A DNA stretch of 64,000 nucleotides from a bacterium (GTDB taxonomy: Bacteria; Electryoneota; Electryoneia; Electryoneales; Electryoneaceae), in NCBI GenBank assembly GCA_963675295.2, contig CAXXKJ010000002.1:4224001-4288000 (forward strand), in the 5' to 3' direction. The notes beneath the pieces were generated by a model. That model searched no databases. It saw only the letters and a list, made by a program, of their open reading frames with translations, and had not been told where the DNA came from. A program made the position numbers and the translations under genes. This document shows positions 10,136 to 20,347 of this stretch, piece after piece. Each line of letters opens with the position of its first letter. Position 1 is the stretch's first letter.

Positions 10136-10609
10136 TCAGGTTGACGCTGCCGGCGAGTCGATCACCTGGCCGATGGTTGGCCGCAGTGAGGCGCTGGCTT
10201 TGGCGAACCGGTTGACGAAGCGTACGACGAACATGCCGACGAACAGACCAGCGAGTCCACCGGCGACGCCGCCCTGCATGTCCTGGCCGGACGCATTAGT
10301 GCCGACGATGATCCCGAGGGTCAACATGATCACCGGAATGCCGAACACAAGCAGTGCGGCAACGATGCGTGGCGCTTCATCGCGTTTCAGCTCGACCAGG
10401 TCGCCAATCTTGACACTCTGACCGGCCAATGTCGCTTCGATGATCGGTGCCGGTTTTTCGTCGGGAAAGCAGACTGTGCTCGACCCGCAACTGCTGCAGG
10501 CGCTGTGCTTATGCGGTTGGACACGAGCGATAGTGTCCGTAACTTCAACGACCACGCCCATTTCAACGGGCGGTTCGGTAGGCTGTTCAGATTTATGGTA
10601 GACGATCAC
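10136..10609 (-). CDS. RseC/MucC family (SoxR reducing system) membrane protein
   Basis: E.GVV.E...SACSSC....C motif plus two C-terminal TM helices. Confidence 0.8.
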   Translation of the reverse strand: MIVYHKSEQPTEPPVEMGVVVEVTDTIARVQPHKHSACSSCGSSTVCFPDEKPAPIIEATLAGQSVKIGDLVELKRDEAPRIVAALLVFGIPVIMLTLGIIVGTNASGQDMQGGVAGGLAGLFVGMFVVRFVNRFAKASASLRPTIGQVIDSPAAST

Positions 10610-10978
10610 AAGAGCTGCCGAATGTGGTTGAACTCAACAAATGGTATGGTAATCTACATAATTTCACATCTGAGGAGAGCACTCTCGGAATCTCTCCAAG
10701 TCCTCTCTATGACCTCTGAAGACAATGATAACAACATACTACGAGAGCATTTTGTGAGACCGTTGAAAACCGGTCAAGATGGCGACAACGCTCACTTTTA
10801 GGGACTCTTTGGTTCTTTCGAGATCCAGAAATCGGTAACAGGTTCTTGTATTCTTCGGAATTTTTCAGTAAGGTACGGTCATCTGAGATGACATTGCCAG
10901 CCCGATGAGTCTTGCGGGTCCTGGCTCCGCGTAACCTTAGTCCTTTTCATTAGTTACACTACGGTTCGGAGCGAAACG

Positions 10979-12160
10979 TTGCGGCGGATTTCTCTCGACG
11001 AGTTGAAACCCGGAATGGTATTGGGCAGGTCGATTTACTCCGGCCTGAACGCTATCCTTCTCGCTGCCGGCCAAACCCTCGATGACCGTTACATCACCCT
11101 TCTGCATAAGCACGGATTCGGCTACATTTACGTCGAAGAGAACGGGTTCGAAGACGTTAACCCGCAGGATGTTCTCTCGGATGTTTCCCGCCGGATTGCG
11201 GAAGCGACGGTTCGTGACAGCTTCGACCAGCTCCGTGACGTGGTCCGTCTCGAATCGGAAGCTGGCAAGATCACGCGTGAATTCCTCGAAGAACACGCCG
11301 ACATCCTGAACGTGCCACAGATCGACGAAATGTCGATGGCGGTGTCGACGATCATCCGTGACATCGTCAACCGCAGCGTCGGCCTGGTGGATGTGTTCGC
11401 GCAGGTGACCGGCGGAACGTACATGTACCGCCACGCGGTTAACGTTGTCTCGTTGTCGGTGTTGCTCGCGCGGCAGTTTGGCTATACCAACCGTCAGCTG
11501 CGCGAACTGGGCATGGCGGCGTTGCTGCACGAGGTCGGCAAGATCACTCTCGGCGACGATTACCTCATTCCCGAACACATGATCCCGGACGACGAAGCCG
11601 ATTTCTACCGTGAGTATCCAACGTACGGCTTCATTCTGATGCACAATACCAACCCGGCGTTGAAGGCGGAGCGACTGGCGATCCTGCATCACCGTGAATG
11701 GCAGGATGGCGGCGGATGGCCGCAGGGGTTGCACGGCGACAATCAGCCGCCGACCCGTATCGACAGCCATGAGCAGGGCCTGATTCACCGCTACGCCGAA
11801 ATCATCGCCGTCGCCAGCGCGTACGACAACCTCGTCAACGGCACCGGCGAACTTCCGCAACGGTTGCAGCCGGCGGACGCGCTCGCGTTGATCATGGCGC
11901 TGAGCCGCAAATGTTTCAACCAGGCGGTGTGCCAGGTGTTCAGCCGGATTGTCTGCCTATACCCCACCGGCGCGATGGTGCAGATTCAGGAGAGCTCATC
12001 GTTCGGATTTGAAGGCTATTACGGTGTGGTGAAAGATCAGAGCCACGACCCGGCGCGGCCGGTGTTGATCCTGTATGCGGATCCCCGCGGACGGCGTGTC
12101 CGTCCCAAGACCCTCGATTTCTCGCATGATCCCGATCTGCGGCTGCGGATCATGTCCTGA
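10979..12160 (+). CDS. HD-GYP-like domain protein, degenerate active site
   Basis: N-terminal L.PGM.L..., YRHAVNV, LLHEVGK, HHREWQDGGGWPQGL, IIAVASAYD; TTG start. Confidence 0.85.
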   Translation: MRRISLDELKPGMVLGRSIYSGLNAILLAAGQTLDDRYITLLHKHGFGYIYVEENGFEDVNPQDVLSDVSRRIAEATVRDSFDQLRDVVRLESEAGKITREFLEEHADILNVPQIDEMSMAVSTIIRDIVNRSVGLVDVFAQVTGGTYMYRHAVNVVSLSVLLARQFGYTNRQLRELGMAALLHEVGKITLGDDYLIPEHMIPDDEADFYREYPTYGFILMHNTNPALKAERLAILHHREWQDGGGWPQGLHGDNQPPTRIDSHEQGLIHRYAEIIAVASAYDNLVNGTGELPQRLQPADALALIMALSRKCFNQAVCQVFSRIVCLYPTGAMVQIQESSSFGFEGYYGVVKDQSHDPARPVLILYADPRGRRVRPKTLDFSHDPDLRLRIMS

Positions 12161-12168
12161 GACGTGTC

Positions 12169-14964
12169 CTACTCTGCTGGTGAGTTCACTGTGACGGCTG
12201 GGAAGTAGACGGAATAGACCGATCCCTTACCGGGTGCGCTCTGGACGTGAACCTGCCCATTGTTCTGCTTGATATGGCTGTAGACAGATGCCATGCCAAG
12301 CCCCGAACCGTGGGAATCGTCCGGTTTCTGGTAGAATGGTTCGAACACGTGCGCCAGATTGTCCTCCGACATCCCGACTCCTGTATCCTCGACCTCGAAG
12401 CAGACATACTCCCGACCGTCCAGATTGAACGGCGCATCCACCGGATCCACCGCCGGTTTCAGCACACGGGTGCGCAGCGTAATTGAGCCGTGGCCGTTTG
12501 CCATTGAATCGCGCGACTGGATCAGCAGGTTGATGATCATCTGCTCTATCTGGTTCGGATCAGCGTCAATCGCCGTGCTATCCCCGGTCATATCGATTTG
12601 CAGCTTGATTTCGGTTCCAACGAGGCGCTGTAACGTTTTCTCGAGATAGTGGAACAGATCGTTCAGCTCCATCTGCTTCGGCTCATGCTCGCCTTCACGG
12701 CTCAAGTCAAACAACTGATGCGTGAGATCGACCGCGGACTGCGTGGTCGCCTGGATGGTGTCCAGATCCTGCTGGAGAATATCGTCCGGCTTCAGTTTGG
12801 CGCGTGTGCGTTCGATCTGCCCGGCAATGGTTTCGATCATGCGTTCGAAGTCGTGAGCAATCCCACCAGCCATCCGTCCGATGGAGTCCTGACGCTGCAT
12901 CTGCTGTACACGGCGAACCAGCTTGCGCTGCATGGTCACGTCCCGGATAAACCCCAGCACGGCTGGTTTTCCATCCCACTCGATCATGCTGCTGGTCAGC
13001 TGCAGGGACAAGGTTTTTCCGCTGCGATGCAGTCCGGTAAAATCGAGAATGTTGTCGGTGTCTTCGCCCCGTGAAATGGCACGAATCCGCTTCACGACAT
13101 GGTCTCTGTCCGGCGGCGCGATCAGCTTCATCTCGTCAAAATCTTCCGAGATCAGTTCCTCGTGCGAATAGCCGAACAGGTGCGTAAAGCTGGGACTGAC
13201 CAGCACAAATCCCGTCGCGGTACGCACATAAACTGCATCCACCGACTGTTCGAACAAGTGCTTGAAACGTGCCTGCATGCGATCGATTTCAGCTTGCGCA
13301 CGCTTTCGATCCGTGATATCGACAGCGTTGACCACGGTTTGCGGATTTCCCTCCGGACCGGTGGCCAGGAAGATGCTGGCAAGGATGGTGCTAACGGTTC
13401 CATCCGAGGCGACAACATCGATTTCGTACTGCTTCGGCACATCTTCCCCACGCCGGCGGGCTTTGTACCGTTCTGCGATCATCTCCCGCTGTGCGTCGGT
13501 CAGGAACTCCCTGAAATCGGATCCGATCACATTCCGGTAGGCGCGCTTCAGGATCTGGCAAAAGCCCTGGCTGGCGAACGCGATGCAGAATTTTTCATCA
13601 ACCACCATCACCACGGACAGAGGGTTTTCGACAATCATCCGGTATCGCTGTTCGCTCTGCGCCAGCTTGATCTCCGCGCGCATGCGCTGTGAAATGTCGA
13701 TCAGCGCGGCTCGAATCTGCGTTTCCCCTTCCGGCGTTTCCCGTGTCGCGGATTCGAAGCGGACAAACTTGCGGTCCTTGCTCTCCTGCTTCAGCTCGAC
13801 CTCGCAGGAGGCCGATCGCTGGTTCTGAATGACGGTCTGGAAGTGATCCGCGAGCGTCGTCATGTGCCGGCTGACAACCTGTTGCAGCAGCGACCGCCGC
13901 ATCAACGAATCATAGTCGATGCCCAGGATCGCGCATGCTGTCTGATTCGCGCGAAGCACCACCCCTCGTTCGGAGATCGTCAGGTACCCTACCGGCGCAT
14001 GTTCGTACAGGTCGGTGTATCGTACCAGGGAGCGGTTGATTCGTTCTTCGGCCTGCTGCAACTCGGAGTTCTGCTTCTCCAGCTCGGTCTTGACCTGCTG
14101 CAGTTCACCCAGCAGCAACCGGATCGCCTGCTCTGACTCTTTGCGTTCGGTAATGTCTGAGGTGATGATGACGCCGGCAATCACGTTCCCCACCTCATCA
14201 CGCACCGCCTCCGCATGTGCCAGCACCCAGTTCTGCTTGCCATCGGGTTGTTCGATGATCACTTCTTCGTTTTGTACGGATTGTCCGGTTTGCATCGCCC
14301 GGAACAGTGGGTAGCTATCGTCGGTGTGCTGGCTCCCATCCGGCTGCAGGAAACGGCAGCGGCTGGCGAACTTATGCACCGGCTGGCCGACCGGATCTTC
14401 GTCAATATCATGCCCGCGCAGCCGGATCGCAGCCTTGTTGGCACTACGGATGATCAGATCGGGATAGTCGACGATCATGATTCCGGCGGGACTCTGTGCG
14501 ATCGCGGCGTTCAGAAACGCCTGCAGCTTCTCCCGTTGACGATCCGCCTCCTTGCGCTGGCTGATGTCCGTCATCGACAACACGATGGCTGGCGGATCTG
14601 TATCCGGAACGACAGAGGGATTGCATTCCACCCACAGCCACGTTTCGTCCTTTTGCCGCAGGCGTAGATCGATCATCGACTTGTCACTTGTACTGCGGAG
14701 CAGCCGTGTACACATGTCATCGATCTGTTCTGTGTCGTCCGGATGGAACAGGTCGAAGAGGCTGATGCCAGTCAACTCCCCGGGATCCTGCTTTGTGAAG
14801 TTGTAGGTAGCGGGATTGGCGTAGTGAACCTTCTTGTCGCGGAGATAGAGCACGGCGGACGCTGTATGTTCAAGTAGAATCTCGAATACTCTGGCGAGAT
14901 TCTCGGAACGCGGTCCGGGACTGGAAGGATCAGCGTTGCCTTCGGGTTTCGGTATGTTGTCCAT
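12169..14964 (-). CDS. Cytoplasmic multi-PAS sensor histidine kinase (no receiver), atypical H and N boxes
   Basis: About five PAS/PAC units ending in DI(T/S).RK-like motifs, GGIAHDF, DTGVGM, FEPFY, GSGLGM; start taken at MDNIP. Confidence 0.88.
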   Translation of the reverse strand: MDNIPKPEGNADPSSPGPRSENLARVFEILLEHTASAVLYLRDKKVHYANPATYNFTKQDPGELTGISLFDLFHPDDTEQIDDMCTRLLRSTSDKSMIDLRLRQKDETWLWVECNPSVVPDTDPPAIVLSMTDISQRKEADRQREKLQAFLNAAIAQSPAGIMIVDYPDLIIRSANKAAIRLRGHDIDEDPVGQPVHKFASRCRFLQPDGSQHTDDSYPLFRAMQTGQSVQNEEVIIEQPDGKQNWVLAHAEAVRDEVGNVIAGVIITSDITERKESEQAIRLLLGELQQVKTELEKQNSELQQAEERINRSLVRYTDLYEHAPVGYLTISERGVVLRANQTACAILGIDYDSLMRRSLLQQVVSRHMTTLADHFQTVIQNQRSASCEVELKQESKDRKFVRFESATRETPEGETQIRAALIDISQRMRAEIKLAQSEQRYRMIVENPLSVVMVVDEKFCIAFASQGFCQILKRAYRNVIGSDFREFLTDAQREMIAERYKARRRGEDVPKQYEIDVVASDGTVSTILASIFLATGPEGNPQTVVNAVDITDRKRAQAEIDRMQARFKHLFEQSVDAVYVRTATGFVLVSPSFTHLFGYSHEELISEDFDEMKLIAPPDRDHVVKRIRAISRGEDTDNILDFTGLHRSGKTLSLQLTSSMIEWDGKPAVLGFIRDVTMQRKLVRRVQQMQRQDSIGRMAGGIAHDFERMIETIAGQIERTRAKLKPDDILQQDLDTIQATTQSAVDLTHQLFDLSREGEHEPKQMELNDLFHYLEKTLQRLVGTEIKLQIDMTGDSTAIDADPNQIEQMIINLLIQSRDSMANGHGSITLRTRVLKPAVDPVDAPFNLDGREYVCFEVEDTGVGMSEDNLAHVFEPFYQKPDDSHGSGLGMASVYSHIKQNNGQVHVQSAPGKGSVYSVYFPAVTVNSPAE

Positions 14965-15252
14965 GTTCGCAGTGTCGTCCGAATATCCGGAAAATGCGAG
15001 ACTCGTACTTCTATTCCATTTGCGCACTAATAAAAGTAATAACACAAGAGGCCGTGGAACAAGAAAAACCGCAATCTTGAGGAAGGAAATCGGGTCTCCG
15101 AGACAGTCTGCCCGAACGGCATGATGTTCGGGTTGGGTTTTGTTTTCCCCGATTGCGTCTTAGATTAATAGATTAAACAAAGCCACGTGGGTCCGCCTTA
15201 CTACTACACAATGACGGTTCACTTTGCTGCCTCACCATTCAGGAGTTCGACC

Positions 15253-18200
15253 ATGACAAGACGCGCACGGGGTGCCTTGTTTCTCCTTGCCATGCTGTTC
15301 CTGCTTCCCGTCAGTTCACTGGCGCGCGACGGTGTTCAAACGCCATCGCCGGATCCGTTCTTCGATGTCGAACGGTTGCCCAACGGACTGCGTGCCAAGG
15401 TTTCTCTTGCAACTTTGACGGACAGCACAACCATCAGCGCGATGATCGCCGCGCCTCCGGGACGTGGAGTCACGGCTCAGCTCAAAGCGGGCTCCGGAAT
15501 CGAAGCAGCAGTTGCCGAGCCGATCAACTTCCGCGGGATCACATTATACCCGTTGCAGGTGCGTCCGCTCGCGGGACAGGGTTGGTCCGGCAACGATATC
15601 GCGGAGGTGGAGGCTCGGTTTACGCAAGACGGGCTGGACAACGTTGGCGAGCCGATCCGTGTCAGCGAACAGATGGCGCGATGGATCGAACGCTCGGTGC
15701 TTAACAGCGAAGAGCTGGATCTCGAAACCGTCTCCCCCGTCGGCCGGATCCTGATCATCGTTCAGGATGACGCGCAGATTGTAGGCGCGCTCGAACCGTA
15801 CATCGAGTGGAAGCGGCAGCAGGGCTATCGCATCACCGTCTCTCACCCGACGGACAATACCGATCCGTACGCAATCAAGAACGAAGTCACCGCCGAGTAT
15901 TTCAGCGACAACCCGATCCCGCTGGAATATGTGCTGATGATTGGTGATCACGACTCCAATTCAGCAGTCCGGATGGTCGGCTATCGTTACGACCACAACT
16001 TCAACAGCAATCATACGGACAACTGGTATGTCACCATGGATGGGCGCCTTCCGGTGCCGGATGTCGCCATCGGACGTTTCAGCGTCCGTGAGTTGAACCA
16101 GTTGCGCATCGGCGTCAATAAAACGTTGACCTACGAACGTGACGGCGCGCTCGACGACGAGTCCTGGATTCGTCACGCCGCGTTAACTGCGGGTTCGAAT
16201 TCGGGCATCAGCGTGCTGCAGACCAACCAGTCGATCCGCTGGATGTTTGACGAACAGGACTTCGCGGTTGACACGTTGTGGTGGACCATGCCCAATGGCG
16301 GCATGATTCCGACCTTCATCCACAACCAGATTGAGGAAGGTGTCGGCTACGTCAACTACCGCGGTTATTACGGCATGAGCGGTTGGGACAACAACGATCT
16401 GATCGGACTGAACAACGTTGGCAAGCTTCCCGTCGTGGTCACCATCACCTGCGGCACTGGTCTCTGGGGCACCGAGGACGAAGCGATCAGCGAAGGCTTT
16501 TTCCGTGCGGGCTCGGTCAATGAACCGGTTGGCGCGGTCGCCTGCATCGGCACCGGCACCACCGACACGCACACCCGTTTCAACAATGTAATTGACGCCG
16601 GCGTGTTCGAGGCGTTGCTGTCCTACAACATGCGCTCGCTTGGCTGGGCACTGGTCAACGGCAAGATGCGGCTGGCGGAGGCGTACAACGGGACCAGCGA
16701 TTCCGGCTGGATCATCCGTTTCGTCAACTGGAACAACCTGATGGGCGATCCGGCGCTACGCATGTGGCTGAATGTGCCCGTCGAACCGACTGTGACTCAC
16801 ACCCCGTCCCTGCGTCCCGGCAGTAATTTTGTCGATGTCCAGGTCGTCCTGCCGAATGAGTGGCCCGACATGATCTGGGCGACCGTCGCCAATCAGGACA
16901 CCGTGCTCGATTCGCGCAGCTTTGTCAACGACGGCCGCGTCCGCTTGCAACTTCCAAACCTCGATCCGGATGACACGATTACGTTGACCGTCGTCGGTGA
17001 CGATGTTCTACCCTACCAGGCGGTGCTCCCCATCGTCGCGGAGGCCAATGACGTCGAGGTTACGGGAGTTACGGTTGATGACGGCGCTGACGGCATTCCG
17101 AACGCTGGCGAGACGGTCACCCTCGACCTGGAGCTGACAAACCAGGGCAGCGCCACGATCAGCGCCGGACAGGCCTCAGTCAGCTCGATCGACCCGCGTG
17201 TGGAATCGATCGGCACAACAGTCTTCAATTTCCCCGCGATTGGTGCTGGCCAGACGGTTACCGTGCAGGATGCGGTCACGTTGACCATTTCCGGTTGGGC
17301 GCCAGACGGCTGCTACCCGGCAGTGACGGCAACCTTCCCCGGCGATGTTGAAAGCTCGATCCCGTTCGAGGTGATCGCGTGGGAGTTGGACGCCGAATCA
17401 ACTTTCGCGTGGACAGACAGCACCAGCGACCGGCGCATTTTCCCCGGTGAATCCGGCGAAGTCGCGTTCCCGGTCAAAAATTTCGGTCGCGCGGACGCGA
17501 CCGGCCTGCAGGCCTCACTGTACTTCGACGACGACCGTTTCACCGTGCTCAACAACCCGGTAACGTTCTCCGATGTCGGTGCGGACTCAAGCCGTAACAA
17601 CCTCACGGCCCCCTTTATGGTGCAGTTGTCAGATGAAGCCCGGGTGGGTGAACTGGTTCCGGTGGTCGTGCATTTCGAGGATGCAGCCGGCGCGGTCGAC
17701 AGTGTCGAAGCAACCTTCATCCCAGCCGACCCACGAGCCGCCGGCGCAACCGGCCCCGACCTGAACTACGGGTACTGGGCGGTGGATGATCAGGATGTTG
17801 AACTGATCCGGCCTGAGTTCGACTGGTACGACAACGTCCTGCCGATCAACAATGTCGGCCTCGAGGATAACTACAGTGGCGGCGCCTACCAATACGGTGA
17901 AGAAGACGCCAGCATGGTGATGGATCTGCCGTTCCCGTTTGTTTACTACGGCGAGGTGTATGACGAAGTTACGATCAACACCAACGGCTGGATCGCACTT
18001 GGCAACAAGTCGACCATTATCCTATTCCGTAACTGGCCGATCCCGAATCCGATGGGCCCGCCGGCGATGATCGCGCCTTTCTGGGATGACCTGCACACCG
18101 GCACCAGCGGCGTGTACGCCAGCTATGATGCATTGACCGACCGCTTCATCGTCACCTGGGACTGCCTGGCAGCCTCGGATCACACTCCGGAGATATTCCA

Positions 18201-20046
18201 GGTTATTCTCTACGGTCCGACCATGCACCCGACCCAGAGCGGCAACGGGCGCATCCTGTTCCAGTACCAGGACGTCACCCCGGTGACCAGCAACAGCACC
18301 GACAATGACTACATCACGGTCGGCATCGAAAGTCCTGACCAGCTAAGTGGTATCGAGTACGTCTACTGGGATTTCTACCGCGCCGGGTCGGAAGCGATTG
18401 AGCCGGAACGGGCGATTCTGCTGACCGACGACCTGACCTCCTCAGCGACCTATTCGGAAGGCAACATCACGCCGGATGAAGTCGACATCACCCTGCAGGG
18501 TGTGGATGAGACCGAGGTTCCGATCTACATCGAAAATGTCGGCGACGAGAACCTGATCTGGGTGCTTAGCACCGGCTATGGTTCCGCACCGGGCAACGTG
18601 ACCCGCAACAACCGCTTGCCGGTCGAATCGGACTGGAACCTGATCGATGCGATCTCGCCGAAGGACAGCTGGGGCTACTATTGGCTGAGCCAGGACGAGC
18701 AAGGCGCGGAATATGATTGGATTGATCCGCCCGCGGACGCGCTGGTCATGACCGAGGACGACCTTCGCATCGGTGACTTGGACGACGGGTATTTCCGTGG
18801 TGTCGCGATGCCGTTCCCATTCGAATTCTACGATAGCTATTACGATTCGGTGTACGTGAACCCGAACGGTTTCCTCGCGTTCCAGGGGGATCTCAACTTG
18901 GATTACGGCACCAACCAGAACCGGATCATCCCCAGCACCTGGGCACCGAACCGGTACAACCCCGCCGCGCTGGTGATGGCCTGGTGGGATGATCTCAACA
19001 TGGATCTTGGTGGCGAGGTCAGCGTCTGGACCGGCGTCGAGGATTCGGTACTGGTCACGTGGGACGGCGTTTACGCCGACAACGGCACCGGCCCGTACAC
19101 ATTCCAGGCATTGATCTTCAAGCACGGCTGGATCAAGCTGCAATACCAGGACATGGACGAAGCCAACCTGCTCAGCGCGACCATCGGCATCCAGAACCAT
19201 AACGCCGAACACGGACTGGAAATCTGCATGCAGGAACCGTTCATGGAAGATCAACTCAGCCTGCTGATTGCTTACGACCTGACCTGGCTCGACACCGGCA
19301 CTGATTTCGGTGTCCTCGCTCCAGGTGAAACCGATACCGCCATCGTGCTCGCGTTCTCGGATGATCTTCGAATGGGAACCTTCGAAGGCCACGCCATCGT
19401 GCGCATGAACGACGGTGACACGCCGGTAGCCTATGTGCCGCTGCATGTCAATGTCGAAGGTGTTGGCGCAGTGCCGGAAGTGGCGGAGATTGACGACTTG
19501 CACGTGCCGTTCGGATTCCCGTTCGAACCGTTCCCGCTGGATGATTACGTCACCGACGACGTCTGGGGCTCGGATCGTATCCGCTGGTCAGTCAGCGGAA
19601 ACGTGGATCTGAACATCAACGTCTTCGAACGCACGCTGTACATCGAGAAACCGAACATTTTCTGGGAAGGGGCGGAACAGGTTACCTTGACCGCCACCAA
19701 CCCCGAGGAGAACTCGGATTCGGAAACGATTACCATTTCGGTCGGGTCGGTCAGTGTGGACGAAGTTGACGATGGCCTCCCGCGTGAATTCGCGGTCGGT
19801 CCGCTGTATCCGAACCCGTTCAACCCGTCCGTGACGATGGAAGTCGCGTTGCCGGAACCGTCCGGGATCACTGTCGCGGTATATGACGTCCTTGGCCGTC
19901 TCGTGCAAACGATCTCGATGCCGTCTCAGGCACCAGGCTATCATCGTGTGGTCTGGGACGCCGGTTCGCGTCCGTCCGGCGTGTACTTCCTGCATGTGCA
20001 GGCGGCGGGCAAGCAGCAGGTGCGCAAGGCCGTGTTAATGAAGTGA
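15253..20046 (+). CDS. Large secreted peptidase C25 (gingipain-like) family protein with NIDO-like/Ig domains and T9SS CTD
   Basis: WKRQQG, YVLMIGD, PDVAIGRFS, NYRG, TITCGTG, NLMGDPA, two LPFPF.(Y/F)Y...NG modules, PNPFN...KAVLMK. Confidence 0.88.
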   Translation: MTRRARGALFLLAMLFLLPVSSLARDGVQTPSPDPFFDVERLPNGLRAKVSLATLTDSTTISAMIAAPPGRGVTAQLKAGSGIEAAVAEPINFRGITLYPLQVRPLAGQGWSGNDIAEVEARFTQDGLDNVGEPIRVSEQMARWIERSVLNSEELDLETVSPVGRILIIVQDDAQIVGALEPYIEWKRQQGYRITVSHPTDNTDPYAIKNEVTAEYFSDNPIPLEYVLMIGDHDSNSAVRMVGYRYDHNFNSNHTDNWYVTMDGRLPVPDVAIGRFSVRELNQLRIGVNKTLTYERDGALDDESWIRHAALTAGSNSGISVLQTNQSIRWMFDEQDFAVDTLWWTMPNGGMIPTFIHNQIEEGVGYVNYRGYYGMSGWDNNDLIGLNNVGKLPVVVTITCGTGLWGTEDEAISEGFFRAGSVNEPVGAVACIGTGTTDTHTRFNNVIDAGVFEALLSYNMRSLGWALVNGKMRLAEAYNGTSDSGWIIRFVNWNNLMGDPALRMWLNVPVEPTVTHTPSLRPGSNFVDVQVVLPNEWPDMIWATVANQDTVLDSRSFVNDGRVRLQLPNLDPDDTITLTVVGDDVLPYQAVLPIVAEANDVEVTGVTVDDGADGIPNAGETVTLDLELTNQGSATISAGQASVSSIDPRVESIGTTVFNFPAIGAGQTVTVQDAVTLTISGWAPDGCYPAVTATFPGDVESSIPFEVIAWELDAESTFAWTDSTSDRRIFPGESGEVAFPVKNFGRADATGLQASLYFDDDRFTVLNNPVTFSDVGADSSRNNLTAPFMVQLSDEARVGELVPVVVHFEDAAGAVDSVEATFIPADPRAAGATGPDLNYGYWAVDDQDVELIRPEFDWYDNVLPINNVGLEDNYSGGAYQYGEEDASMVMDLPFPFVYYGEVYDEVTINTNGWIALGNKSTIILFRNWPIPNPMGPPAMIAPFWDDLHTGTSGVYASYDALTDRFIVTWDCLAASDHTPEIFQVILYGPTMHPTQSGNGRILFQYQDVTPVTSNSTDNDYITVGIESPDQLSGIEYVYWDFYRAGSEAIEPERAILLTDDLTSSATYSEGNITPDEVDITLQGVDETEVPIYIENVGDENLIWVLSTGYGSAPGNVTRNNRLPVESDWNLIDAISPKDSWGYYWLSQDEQGAEYDWIDPPADALVMTEDDLRIGDLDDGYFRGVAMPFPFEFYDSYYDSVYVNPNGFLAFQGDLNLDYGTNQNRIIPSTWAPNRYNPAALVMAWWDDLNMDLGGEVSVWTGVEDSVLVTWDGVYADNGTGPYTFQALIFKHGWIKLQYQDMDEANLLSATIGIQNHNAEHGLEICMQEPFMEDQLSLLIAYDLTWLDTGTDFGVLAPGETDTAIVLAFSDDLRMGTFEGHAIVRMNDGDTPVAYVPLHVNVEGVGAVPEVAEIDDLHVPFGFPFEPFPLDDYVTDDVWGSDRIRWSVSGNVDLNINVFERTLYIEKPNIFWEGAEQVTLTATNPEENSDSETITISVGSVSVDEVDDGLPREFAVGPLYPNPFNPSVTMEVALPEPSGITVAVYDVLGRLVQTISMPSQAPGYHRVVWDAGSRPSGVYFLHVQAAGKQQVRKAVLMK

Positions 20047-20080
20047 CGCCATCCCGAACCGTCATCAGATCTAACAACAA

Positions 20081-20109
20081 CGGGGCCACATCGTGAGGAT
20101 GTGGCCCCG
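20081..20109. repeat. GGGG(A/C)CAC-family palindrome, copy 2 (variant)
   Basis: cggggccacatc-gtgag-gatgtggccccg between convergent genes. Confidence 0.7.
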
Positions 20110-20172
20110 ATTTGTATCCGGTAATGTGATCCGTGCGGTTCAGTTCGTGGGCAATCGCCAATCGGCCAGTGC

Positions 20173-20294
20173 GTCATTCCGAACGGAACGAAGAGAAGTG
20201 TGGAAGATCCAGCTTCGAGAGGATCGAAGTGTTGTGGTTTTCTCTGCTACTCTGGCTCTTCTTCAGCCGCAAACAGACGCGGCTTCAGAATGAC
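20173..20294. repeat. REP/MITE-like element with GTCATTC...GAATGAC termini
   Basis: gtcattccga at left end, tcagaatgac at right end; right arm matches 2928-2964. Confidence 0.7.
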
Positions 20295-20347
20295 ATCCTC
20301 TCGGCATCGAGCTGAATTTGTCTGTCTGCGTCACGATGCCGCTGAGA

